Part shown: positions 51,729-60,978 of the stretch, piece by piece | Layout: each line of letters opens with the position of its first letter | Numbering within the stretch: the stretch's first letter is position 1 | Virus record (IMG/VR): IMGVR_UViG_3300036761_001580 | Span: 69,198 to 133,197 of that record | DNA length: 64,000 bases | Source: a virus | Strand: one strand, 5' to 3' | Notes under the pieces: model-generated | Seen by the model: only the letters and a program-made list of their open reading frames with translations | What the model was told of the DNA's origin: nothing | The model's database searches: none | Program-made: the position numbers and the translations under genes

Positions 51729-52323
51729 CCACTATCGCGCTCGCCAGGCTGGCGATGCACTCGCTCGGGTTGATCACTTCCTCGTTCTGGATCGCGACCC
51801 TGTCCGCCTCGTAGGCCTGAATGTCTTGATCAGAGTAGGCGAAGAAGATGAGTTGATCACCTACTCTGATAGTCTTGTCCTTGCAGAAGCCGGCAGTCAC
51901 CTCGATCACGCTGTCGCACCCCTTGCAGGACCACCGATCAGAGCCGCCCACCTTCGTGTTGCACTCGATCTGGATCACGGAGCCTTCCCGGATGAACATG
52001 ATGTCGAGCGGGAAGGGGACTGTACCTTGGTGGAAAGTGACATCGGTGGGGCCCGCGTACGGGAAGAACAGACCTCTGTTCTGCCCCAGGGCAGTGTGCA
52101 TCTGCAAGCCGCGGATCTTCTTCTCGTGGGTGTCGGCCACCTCACAAGAGAGTCGTGCGTCCTTGTCTACCCAACGAGCCTTGACCTTCACGACGGGAAC
52201 CGGCCTCATGCTGGAGTTCACCCGCACGACACCGTTCTCGAACATGTGGATGAAAGGCTCGGGCCCCTCAACGAGGAGCCCGAAATCGTCCACAAAGGCA
52301 CGGGTGTTCAGCTTGACGAGCAA
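51712..52323 (-). CDS. hypothetical protein (203 aa)
   Basis: GC3-rich ORF. Confidence 0.6.
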   Translation of the reverse strand: MLVKLNTRAFVDDFGLLVEGPEPFIHMFENGVVRVNSSMRPVPVVKVKARWVDKDARLSCEVADTHEKKIRGLQMHTALGQNRGLFFPYAGPTDVTFHQGTVPFPLDIMFIREGSVIQIECNTKVGGSDRWSCKGCDSVIEVTAGFCKDKTIRVGDQLIFFAYSDQDIQAYEADRVAIQNEEVINPSECIASLASAIVGGEID

Positions 52324-52335
52324 GAGGACCCTCCG

Positions 52336-52890
52336 CTACGGCTTCGAGTTCCCCTTCGCCGTGTTCTTCCCACCCTTGACCTTGCCTGTACGGACCGGCT
52401 CTGGGGCTGCCGGAGCCGCTCCTGGAGGCAGACCGGCCGGCATCGCGACCGGAGGAGCTTCGGGAACCTTCTCGGGCTCCGGAGCTGGCTTTGGCTCTTC
52501 CACGGGAGGAGCCGGAGGCGGAGGAACGACCGCCTCGCGCACGGGCTCGGGAACCTTCTCGACAACCGGAGGAGGAGGAGCCGGGGGTTCTGGCTTCGTC
52601 TCGACCGGAGGAGGTGGCGAAAGCGCCCCTGCGGGATCCTCCATCCACCTCACGTTCGGGTTGCGCAGGATCGTGAGGACCTCGGGCAGCTGCCGCAGGA
52701 CCCCCACAGAGAGGCCCGTTTTCTCCACCAGGTCGACGGAGCCGGCCTGGGGGATCACGATGCTTTGCACGTTCTCGCGGAGCGCCTTGCGCCGCTTGTG
52801 CTTCGGCATCCCGTCCTCCATATGGACTGGAGGATTGAGCATGAAGGCGATCTGCCCTCGACCGGTGTTCTGAAGCGTGAATGACTCCAT
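52336..52890 (-). CDS. Pro-rich hypothetical protein (~184 aa)
   Basis: Internal ATG with AAGGAG RBS; C-terminal PxxP/PPPP low-complexity. Confidence 0.55.
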   Translation of the reverse strand: MESFTLQNTGRGQIAFMLNPPVHMEDGMPKHKRRKALRENVQSIVIPQAGSVDLVEKTGLSVGVLRQLPEVLTILRNPNVRWMEDPAGALSPPPPVETKPEPPAPPPPVVEKVPEPVREAVVPPPPAPPVEEPKPAPEPEKVPEAPPVAMPAGLPPGAAPAAPEPVRTGKVKGGKNTAKGNSKP

Positions 52891-52900
52891 GACTACTCCT

Positions 52901-55900
52901 TTACTGGAACAACTTGTCCAACCCACCATCCGACGGAATGCCGAACAGTTGCTTGGCGTCACTGGTGGTCATTCCTATCTCAGTGAGCAGCCTTCTGGCA
53001 AGCTCAGACACCTTCGCGCTCAGAACCTGCTCCGGAGAAGCGGCAGACACCGGGGCCTGCTGCACCGCCTGGAGGATGTCGAACGCCTTCTGGTCCGCAG
53101 AGCCCTCACCGCCCGGAGGAGGAGCCTTCGGAGTGGCAGCAGCACCTGGGGCGCTCTTGCCCGGACCGGCCGTAGGGCCGGCAACCGGAGCCCCTGGCTG
53201 AGCAGCCGTGGAGGTGCCCACCGGGGGCGTCATGTTCGGATCGGCCGACCCCGGCGGGGTGACCTGGGCGCGGATGGCCCGACGACGGCTCACCTTCTTC
53301 AGGATCATGGCCGCGAGGCGCTCCCGAACAGCCGCGGTCGGCTTCGGAGCCCCGGGGGCCGGAGTCGCACCCGCCGGCACGTTGCCCGGAGTCGGCGCGA
53401 GTGGCGACGGCGGGATCGTGGGGGCTACGGGACCGGCACCGGGACCAGCACCGCCAGGACCCGCCGGAGCCTTCTGATCGGCACCCGGGGTCTTCGGCTT
53501 GGCGTTCGAACCCGGCTTCGAGAGCTTGATCTGGAGGATCTTCTTCTTGTCCTCCTCGTCCATCAGGCTGATCTCCTCGGCCGTCCACCCGAGCGCCTGC
53601 AACCCGGAGTCACCCGAACCCGCAGGCATGGGACCTGGGGGTGTTTTGGTGGTCATCGGAGCCGCCCCAGGAGCACCCGGAGCCGGCTTGGGAGCCGCGG
53701 GAGCACCGGGGGTAGCCGGCGGGGCACCGCTCGCCGGAGGGTTGGTCGGGGACGGGGCCGGAGGAGCCGGCTGGGCTATCGGGGCCGCGGCTTGGGCGAG
53801 CTTCCGCGCCCGTAACGCGGCCTGCCGACGAGCCTCCTTCGGGTCTTCCTTCTTCTTGGATCCACCCGACGGTGGCTTCGTGAGCTTCTTCTCCTCGGTC
53901 AGGTCCTTGCCGTACTCGCCGAAGTAGCCACCCCAGTAGTCCTTGGCCTTCTCGTCGACCGCCTCCTTCGAGGCAACCTTCTTCACGAACTCGATGTACT
54001 CGTCATGGGCTTCTGGAGGGAGCATTTCGAGAACATCGAAGGCCAGCCTGACGTTTCCCTGGATGGCGTTGATGACGTCCTCCCAGTTGCCGTTGATGTA
54101 GTTGTCCGCAACGCTCTGGGAAGACCCCCCAGCTCCAGCCGGAACCTCGTCATCCTCGTAGAACCCGCCGGCCTGACGGCGTGAGTTCTTGTTGCGGTAG
54201 GGGCCCTGGCCTTCATCCGTCCAGTTTACCCGCTTCTCGGGACCACCACCGGTTCCAAGACCAGCCCCCGACTGCTCTTCTGGATTCACCTCACCCAGAT
54301 GCTCTTCGATGATCTCTCCATCCAAGAATAGTGTGACGTCCTCACCACTTGCTCGACCGTAACCACTCTTGGACTGGTCCACGTACTCCACGAAGTCATC
54401 ATGGGCTTCTTGCTCATCGCTCCCGTAATAGACTGAACCGATATTGCCGACGACAACCTCGTACACACCCTTCCCCATCTGAGCGCGACGGCCCTGCTTG
54501 ATCGGGCTGCCGGGGGTCATCTGCTGGCCCTCGTCAACCGGAGGGTTGCCCTCGGCGTGGAGGAACTCGTCCGTCGGGTTGCCCTGGGGCTTGGGCTCGT
54601 TCGGATCGACGAAGTCGGCGGGACCCGCACGCCTGCGGGAAGCGAGGTGCTCTTCGCCCCCCACCTCTTCCTCTTCCTCTTCCTCTTCCTCTTCGAAGTC
54701 GTCACCGTAAGTCTCTTCGAGGTAGGCCATCGCCTCCTCTTCGGTCTCGAAGAAGTCCCAATCGGTCGCGTCCATGTAGCCCGGAGCGCTCAAGCGGGCA
54801 CCGAAGCCGTGCTTGACTTCGATCTCGTACAGCTCATCATTCTGGGTGTACTGCTGTAGATCCGTCCCCGGCAGCTCTACGAAATCGAGAGGACCTCGCT
54901 CAAGGGACTTCTGCATCTTCTGGATCTCCGCCATGTCAACGAGATCCGCAGGAATCACCTCACCCCCGTAGTTGCCATTGACGATGACCCAATCACCCTC
55001 TTCGATGTTGGGCTGCATGAAGGCGTTGGGATCGAGCCTTGAGGCCGCTACACCCGGCATCTGCGCGCCTGCGTGGGAGGCCTCGAACGCCTGGTTCATG
55101 TCCTCCTGGGTGTAGTCCTCGGGACGCTTGTGGCGCAGGGTCTTGGAGCACCACTTCTGGAACTCCTGAGCAGACCACTCCGGAGCTTCCTCACCGAACA
55201 TGCCGGTGTAGTAGTCGTAGGCGTCCCGAAGGTTAAAAAAACCCAGGCCGCCCTCCGCGGCCTCTTCCTCGAACTCGTCGCGCATCTGCGCGGTCACCGG
55301 AGCTGCCGGCGCGGGAGACGGAACCCCACCACCTTGAGCCTTCGGGCCCTCGGGCTGGGTGCTCTGCTCGCCCTCCTCGCCCTCTCCACCCTCGGGCATG
55401 GTCGGGCGGAAGCGACTCCAGTCGACCTCCTGCCCGCCGAGCGCCAGCGTCAGAGCGTGCAGCTCCTCGCCACTCTCGGCTTCGAGATCACGGCCGTACT
55501 CGCCGGCCGCTCCCCAGTTCTCACGGAGACGCGGACCTGCCTGACGGCGGCCCCTCACGGGCATCGAGCCCTCGGGGACATCCTCGGCACCGTGGAACAC
55601 GCCCTGCTCGACACCGGCCGGTGGAGCAGCTTCCTTGTCCTTGCCGCCGGGCGTGTAGCCCTTGTTCTTCATGTCGTTCGCGAGCGCCCATGGATTGTCG
55701 ATCCCGGGTTCCTTCTTCATCTTCTTGATGGTGTCTTCCCAGCCCTCGGGAGCCACGGCCTTCACGTCCCCACCGGAGCAACCCTCGACCGCGGCATCCG
55801 CCTGACCGGCCTTCGGCCAGACATCGCCGAACTCGCCGTGGAGGATCGCCGGGTTGTAGTGCTCGGCCAGCTGCTGCGCGGCCTGCTGCCGCACCGACGT

Positions 55901-57262
55901 CGGGAAGAGCTTGTGCCACGGCATGGGGCGGACGGAGCCCTCCATCTCCTTGGCGTACTTCTGCGCGCCGGCCTCTGCCAGGTACCCCCAGAGCTTGACC
56001 GAGAGGGACTCATCGAAGGTGCCGTTCTTCACCTTCCGCATGAGGTTCTTGACGATGGGCATGAGGTTGCGCTCGTACAGGTCGTTGTCGTTCGTGATGT
56101 ACAGGACCAGCTCTTCCGCATCCGGCTCGAAGTAGTCCTCGCCCTCACCCTCGACTGGGCCGGGCATGTCCTCATCGGGGAGGGGCTCCAGCTCGTTGGA
56201 GTCGTCGAAGGTGGCGGCGGGATCCATCAGGTTCCCCGCGGCCCACTTCTTCGGGTCCAGGATATCCTTCAGAAGCTCCGCGCTCGGTCGCCTCGCCGTC
56301 ATCTGGCGGTAGGCCTCGGAAGCGTCGACCTTCGGGAACTGGAAGGAGTCCTCGAAGCGGCCTTCCTTGTCGTGCTGTCCCTCCGTCTCGGTCCGAAGCT
56401 CCTCGCCCTCACCCTGCTCGGTGGTGATGACCTCTTTCGGATCGGACGGATCCTCACCCTTGTTCAGCTTCTTGCCGGGCTCCTCGACCGGGGTGACGTC
56501 GAAGGGATCGGAGTCGGCGCGACGACGTGCCACGATCCCGTCCGTCGGACCAGAGCCGTCCACCATGGGAGCAGCTTCCTCGCCCATCTGGGCCTTGCCG
56601 TACCCGAGCTGACCGGGGCCGCGGCGGGGCTTCTGAGCCGGGTGGAGGGCCTCGTGACGACCCGTACGGCCGTCCTCCTGAACCTTCACGATCCGGTCCC
56701 TCCAGTGCGTCGGAGCGCTGGAGCTGTCCTCGCCGAGGCTCGTGTCCGGGAGCCCACCGCGGCCAACCGGGTCCTTCGGACGCTTGGTGATCTGCGGATT
56801 GAAGTGGGGAACGTTCTGGCTGGAGGTGTCGACGCCGAGGTTCTTGTTCGGAGCCGAGGTGCCCTTCTGATCCAGCCCGGTCGGGCGCTCGTTGACCTTC
56901 GGGTTCTTCCAGCCCTCACCCACGGACGAGTCGGGGCCGAGGACCTTCGAAGGCGAGCCCACGCTGACCTGGTCCTTGGGGTGCTTGTTCACCCCGGGGA
57001 TCGGCATCTCCGCGAGCTTGCAGAAGTCCTTGACCGCCCGATCCAGGTGGCACAGATCGGTCTCGAACGCCTGGTGCCGCGTGTCACCCTCGGGAGGGAA
57101 CACCTCGATGGTGTCCTTCTCCCCGTTGATGCGGATCAACCACCCTCGGTGCTCCACCGGCACGTCGTGGTACAGAGCTTCCGCGACTTTCTTGGGCTGG
57201 AGCCGGTCGGCCTTACGTCCCTGCGTCTTCGTGTTCGGCATGTTCCCTATCCTTTTCGTCAA
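52901..57262 (-). CDS. giant hypothetical protein (1453 aa) with Glu-run and ~350-aa Pro/Ala/Gly-rich tail
   Basis: Long GC3-rich ORF; EEEEEEEE run (GAA/GAG repeat ~54663-54696); KDYWGGYFGEYGKDL motif shared with 58327..59178. Confidence 0.8.
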   Translation of the reverse strand: MTKRIGNMPNTKTQGRKADRLQPKKVAEALYHDVPVEHRGWLIRINGEKDTIEVFPPEGDTRHQAFETDLCHLDRAVKDFCKLAEMPIPGVNKHPKDQVSVGSPSKVLGPDSSVGEGWKNPKVNERPTGLDQKGTSAPNKNLGVDTSSQNVPHFNPQITKRPKDPVGRGGLPDTSLGEDSSSAPTHWRDRIVKVQEDGRTGRHEALHPAQKPRRGPGQLGYGKAQMGEEAAPMVDGSGPTDGIVARRRADSDPFDVTPVEEPGKKLNKGEDPSDPKEVITTEQGEGEELRTETEGQHDKEGRFEDSFQFPKVDASEAYRQMTARRPSAELLKDILDPKKWAAGNLMDPAATFDDSNELEPLPDEDMPGPVEGEGEDYFEPDAEELVLYITNDNDLYERNLMPIVKNLMRKVKNGTFDESLSVKLWGYLAEAGAQKYAKEMEGSVRPMPWHKLFPTSVRQQAAQQLAEHYNPAILHGEFGDVWPKAGQADAAVEGCSGGDVKAVAPEGWEDTIKKMKKEPGIDNPWALANDMKNKGYTPGGKDKEAAPPAGVEQGVFHGAEDVPEGSMPVRGRRQAGPRLRENWGAAGEYGRDLEAESGEELHALTLALGGQEVDWSRFRPTMPEGGEGEEGEQSTQPEGPKAQGGGVPSPAPAAPVTAQMRDEFEEEAAEGGLGFFNLRDAYDYYTGMFGEEAPEWSAQEFQKWCSKTLRHKRPEDYTQEDMNQAFEASHAGAQMPGVAASRLDPNAFMQPNIEEGDWVIVNGNYGGEVIPADLVDMAEIQKMQKSLERGPLDFVELPGTDLQQYTQNDELYEIEVKHGFGARLSAPGYMDATDWDFFETEEEAMAYLEETYGDDFEEEEEEEEEEVGGEEHLASRRRAGPADFVDPNEPKPQGNPTDEFLHAEGNPPVDEGQQMTPGSPIKQGRRAQMGKGVYEVVVGNIGSVYYGSDEQEAHDDFVEYVDQSKSGYGRASGEDVTLFLDGEIIEEHLGEVNPEEQSGAGLGTGGGPEKRVNWTDEGQGPYRNKNSRRQAGGFYEDDEVPAGAGGSSQSVADNYINGNWEDVINAIQGNVRLAFDVLEMLPPEAHDEYIEFVKKVASKEAVDEKAKDYWGGYFGEYGKDLTEEKKLTKPPSGGSKKKEDPKEARRQAALRARKLAQAAAPIAQPAPPAPSPTNPPASGAPPATPGAPAAPKPAPGAPGAAPMTTKTPPGPMPAGSGDSGLQALGWTAEEISLMDEEDKKKILQIKLSKPGSNAKPKTPGADQKAPAGPGGAGPGAGPVAPTIPPSPLAPTPGNVPAGATPAPGAPKPTAAVRERLAAMILKKVSRRRAIRAQVTPPGSADPNMTPPVGTSTAAQPGAPVAGPTAGPGKSAPGAAATPKAPPPGGEGSADQKAFDILQAVQQAPVSAASPEQVLSAKVSELARRLLTEIGMTTSDAKQLFGIPSDGGLDKLFQ

Positions 57263-57280
57263 TGACGTGAGATCCCAGAA

Positions 57281-57922
57281 CTACTCTGCGTCTTCGCCGT
57301 TCAGCAGGGCAAGGACGTACCTACGTGCCTTGACCTGATGCGGAGCCGGCCCGCTCAGCCCGTAGTAGACCATCGCCTTGTCGAAGTCCGCCTGGCTCTC
57401 GATGGTCGACGCGATGCGGGTGAGATCGGACAGCGGCAGCGTGGCGTACCCCTTGTGACCGATCTCCTCGATCACCTCCACCGCGGCAGACCTGGGGTAG
57501 CGCCCCTTGTAGTGATCGTGGAGGCGGAGGTAGCTGCTCGCGGAGATGGAGGCCGAGCGGTTCTTCTTCCACATCGCCTCCAGGTGCCCGAAGAGCGCCC
57601 GCAGACCCGGATCCTTGTCCACGTCCTTCCGCGCCTTCACGATCTGGTAGGCATCGAAGACGGACGCGATGGGGAGGTTGCCGTTGACCTCGTCGGCCTC
57701 GGCAGCGAGCTGCTCCGCGATCCTCTTCTGGACCATCTCCACCATCGGAAGGTTCAGGTTGAACTCTTCCTGGTTGGCCTCATCCCGGGCGTGGCGCTCG
57801 GCAGCGGCTTGGGAGTACCGAGCCGCGAGTCGGCTCATGTTGATGCCGTGCACGTCCTGTCCAGCGAGGTCCGCGAGGTCCTGGCACACGTTGCGTCCGA
57901 ATGGGTTCATTTTCCTCTCCAT
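57281..57922 (-). CDS. hypothetical protein (213 aa)
   Basis: GC3-rich ORF. Confidence 0.6.
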   Translation of the reverse strand: MERKMNPFGRNVCQDLADLAGQDVHGINMSRLAARYSQAAAERHARDEANQEEFNLNLPMVEMVQKRIAEQLAAEADEVNGNLPIASVFDAYQIVKARKDVDKDPGLRALFGHLEAMWKKNRSASISASSYLRLHDHYKGRYPRSAAVEVIEEIGHKGYATLPLSDLTRIASTIESQADFDKAMVYYGLSGPAPHQVKARRYVLALLNGEDAE

Positions 57923-57979
57923 TGTCTACAAAGAATCTCAGCTTCGCAGGCAACTCTAGCACAAGGTCTTTGCCTATTT

Positions 57980-58324
57980 CTAAAGTGGGGCGGACGTTTT
58001 CGGTTTCCTCAGGATGTCCCTCATAAGGGCCCCCAACAGGTACTCCTTGCCGCACTGCCTGCAACTGACCTTCAAAGGTAATGTCCCGAAGACTGTAGAT
58101 ACAGGTACACTGCAACAAGGGCTGATGACGTCCGAACAGTCCTCAACGTCCTCAGGACAGTCGTTCTCGGGCTTCTTCTCTTCAGGAGCTGCGGGAGGCT
58201 TCTTCGCCTTGGCCTTCTTCATGAGGGCCAGCAGCTCGGAGAGGCCCTTGGCCTTGCCGGTACCGTGCTTCTCTACGAAGTCTTTCAGAATTTCCTGGAA
58301 ATTTTCGGGGGTTTCAAGGGGCAT
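57980..58324 (-). CDS. hypothetical protein (~114 aa)
   Basis: Internal ATG just after stop of 58327..59178; Lys/Ala/Pro-rich middle, C-terminal CxxC. Confidence 0.5.
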   Translation of the reverse strand: MPLETPENFQEILKDFVEKHGTGKAKGLSELLALMKKAKAKKPPAAPEEKKPENDCPEDVEDCSDVISPCCSVPVSTVFGTLPLKVSCRQCGKEYLLGALMRDILRKPKTSAPL

Positions 58325-58326
58325 TT

Positions 58327-59178
58327 CTACCGCTTGGCGTTCGAGGGGGACAGCTTCTTCGGGACCACGGTGACCCACTTGTCTCCGTACTCACCGAAAT
58401 ACTTCCTCCAGTATTCGGCCGCCACCTCATCGACCCCGTTCTTCCGGAGCCAGATGCCCGCGAGGTCGGCGCGGACGCGCTTCTGCACCTCACGGACCAG
58501 CTCCTTGCCGAACGGGCCGTAGTAGGACTGCCAGTAGGCCGAGGCCTTCTCGTCGACCGCGAGCCGACGCGAACTCGGATCGCTGTACTCCTCGAAGATC
58601 TTCGCCACCCGACGCGCGATGAAGTCCATCGTGGACCCTACCCGCCTATCGGGAGGAGTCGACCGGATGAACTCGACCGCCTGGGCCACCCGCTCCAGAG
58701 GAACGCTCGGGAACTGGTCCATGATGTCCGACGTCATCAGGAACGGAAGGTTCCACATCTTCGACGTCAGCCGGGTCTGCATCCCACGGCCGATGGCCTT
58801 CCGGGCGTGCGCGATCTTCTCTTCGCCAAACGCCCTGCGCAGCTCAGCCCACTCGCGGATCCGAGGAACCGCTTCATCGCGAGCTGCCGCGTTGAAGCGC
58901 CCCACGACCCCGATGGGGAGGTCACTGTTCAGGGTCGGATCGTCGACCAGATCCGCACCGAACAGCCCCAGGCAGGCCACGCACTTCTCGGCCGCAATCT
59001 TCTGCGACAACGTCGCCGCGGTCTTCGCGGTCTTCGGCTCTCCAGGGAACATCTCAGGCTCCTGTCTGTTGCGACGGACGTGAACGCCACCCTCGTCCTC
59101 ATCAGCGGCCCACAGGTGGTGAGCGACCCGAGGATCTTCGTGGTGATCAGCGATGCGTCGTTCCGTTCTCATCGTCAT
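58327..59178 (-). CDS. hypothetical protein (283 aa) with C-terminal YWxxYFGxxGK motifs
   Basis: AYWQSYYGPFGKEL and AEYWRKYFGEYGDKW resemble the motif in 52901..57262. Confidence 0.6.
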   Translation of the reverse strand: MTMRTERRIADHHEDPRVAHHLWAADEDEGGVHVRRNRQEPEMFPGEPKTAKTAATLSQKIAAEKCVACLGLFGADLVDDPTLNSDLPIGVVGRFNAAARDEAVPRIREWAELRRAFGEEKIAHARKAIGRGMQTRLTSKMWNLPFLMTSDIMDQFPSVPLERVAQAVEFIRSTPPDRRVGSTMDFIARRVAKIFEEYSDPSSRRLAVDEKASAYWQSYYGPFGKELVREVQKRVRADLAGIWLRKNGVDEVAAEYWRKYFGEYGDKWVTVVPKKLSPSNAKR

Positions 59179-59189
59179 CTCTCCGTACC

Positions 59190-59516
59190 CTAGTAGTACG
59201 TGTGGCTCCAGCTGCTGTCACTCGAAGGGACGTTCTGAATCAGGTTCACGTTGTAACCGTACTCAGTTTTTCTCTGCGTTTCCGCATACTCCCTACGTTT
59301 ATCATCGAGCCAGGACTCAAGCAACTTCGAAATCGCTCCGAGCTTCCAGTCCAAGGTCCCGATGGCAACAACAGTCAACGCCTTTGCCGCACCCTCCAGG
59401 AGGTTCATCCAGTACGGATTTTCCGCTGGGTTCGAAGCACGCTTGCCTCTGTAGAGGCTCAGCGCCTTCGCGTGCCCCATGAAGTCCAGTAGAAATTTTT
59501 CCGTAACTGGTCCCAT
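59190..59516 (-). CDS. hypothetical protein (~108 aa)
   Basis: Internal ATG after upstream stop; lower confidence start. Confidence 0.45.
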   Translation of the reverse strand: MGPVTEKFLLDFMGHAKALSLYRGKRASNPAENPYWMNLLEGAAKALTVVAIGTLDWKLGAISKLLESWLDDKRREYAETQRKTEYGYNVNLIQNVPSSDSSWSHTYY

Positions 59517-59526
59517 GACGAGTCTA

Positions 59527-60489
59527 CTATACGACAGGTCCTTTCGATTTTTTAAATTTCGTGTCCTCCTTAACAACCGCGGGACCGCCGCCCACCTCAG
59601 AGGCCTTGATCAAAGCCTCCGCCACCTGGATCCCGAAGTCCGTCAGCTCGATCACTTTGCTGTCGTCCGGAGAGAGCCTGAAGAGCGCGGCGTGCTGGTA
59701 CAGCAGGCGTCTCGTGTTGTTCGCCCGGGGGTGTTCACCCTCGCAGGTCAGGATGCTGAAGCGTATCCTATCGACGGTCGAGGAGCCCCCAAGCGCATGC
59801 AGAGCTGTGAGGACTTTTTCACGGAATTTCAGGGTTCCAGGTATCCGAGGGGGTCTCTTTTTCGGTACTTGATCGCGCTGCTTGGCCTTCTTGACCTTCT
59901 TGGCTGGAGTGCCCTGGTGCAGATCGAGGTACACCGGGTGCTCCAGGATGAACATGATCGGATCGGGCACGAGGGCGAAGACGTCGTCCGAGATCTTCTC
60001 GATCCGGGGCTTCCCCCGGAGCACCGACTGCATGACTTGCAGCGGCGCGTTCGTCATGATCAGGTTCCGCTCCAGGGCATTGAGGCACGCGCAAAACCTC
60101 TTGGCCTTGATCTTCTTCACCACGTAGTCGTTCCGGCTGTACGTCGACCGCCCGAGATCAAGGTGGTAGCACTGCCCACGGGACGACTTCTTGCAGATGT
60201 ACCTCCTGCGGAACTCCTGGAAGGACATGTCGTAGTAGCGCAGGATCCAGTGGTAGACCGTGACGAAGCTCACCCCGACGTAGTCCGCCATACTGCCGGC
60301 CGACTGGAAGGAGCTGGCCTCCAGGAGCAGCTCCTTGATCGGCATGCCATGTTGCGTCTGTGCAACGAGGACCCTGTACGAATGCTCACCACGGCACCGA
60401 TCACAGAAGTGATACCCCTCCTTCGTCGCGCGCTTCAGGCGTGCCGAAGGTATCAGCCGGGGGCAGTAGGGTGTGTCACACGTCTTCAT
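59527..60489 (-). CDS. putative DNA-binding regulator (320 aa) with N-terminal Cys cluster and HTH
   Basis: CDTPYCPR...CDRC; MADYVGVSFVTVYHWILRY helix-turn-helix-like; basic linker. Confidence 0.6.
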   Translation of the reverse strand: MKTCDTPYCPRLIPSARLKRATKEGYHFCDRCRGEHSYRVLVAQTQHGMPIKELLLEASSFQSAGSMADYVGVSFVTVYHWILRYYDMSFQEFRRRYICKKSSRGQCYHLDLGRSTYSRNDYVVKKIKAKRFCACLNALERNLIMTNAPLQVMQSVLRGKPRIEKISDDVFALVPDPIMFILEHPVYLDLHQGTPAKKVKKAKQRDQVPKKRPPRIPGTLKFREKVLTALHALGGSSTVDRIRFSILTCEGEHPRANNTRRLLYQHAALFRLSPDDSKVIELTDFGIQVAEALIKASEVGGGPAVVKEDTKFKKSKGPVV

Positions 60490-60540
60490 GATCGGCCATC
60501 CTATGACCCGAGAAGCTGCCTGCTTTAGCTGACAGAGTCA

Positions 60541-60978
60541 TCACTCCTTGACGTCGAAGAACTCGTGGAGGAACACCTCGAACTTCATCAGCTGGCGCGG
60601 CACGCTGAGACGCCCACCCTCCTTGATCTCGATCATGTCCACGTAGGTGTGGAGCGCCCGCTTGAGCCGGTCCACCGCGCTGAGAGGCTCCCCGTTCTTC
60701 ACGAAGGTCTTCTTCCCGCGAGCGACGTCGTCCTCCGTGATCGGCGAGGCATCGATCCCGCGGATCTCGCGCAGGTCAGCCGGCACCGGGATCGCCAGCC
60801 GCTCGTTCAAGAAGTGCGAGCAGTTGTCCGCCGAGTGCGAGTGGCTGACCGTCATCTTGAACTCGTCCTCGGTCATCATGTCCGTGGGGAGACCCGTAGC
60901 CGGGACGTCCCCAACGCACGCATTGGTCTCCCTCAAGAAATCGACCGCCCAGTCCTTCCAGCTCTTCTTCTGCGTCAT
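60541..60978 (-). CDS. hypothetical protein (~145 aa)
   Basis: ATGA overlap with stop of the trigger-factor-like gene. Confidence 0.55.
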   Translation of the reverse strand: MTQKKSWKDWAVDFLRETNACVGDVPATGLPTDMMTEDEFKMTVSHSHSADNCSHFLNERLAIPVPADLREIRGIDASPITEDDVARGKKTFVKNGEPLSAVDRLKRALHTYVDMIEIKEGGRLSVPRQLMKFEVFLHEFFDVKE

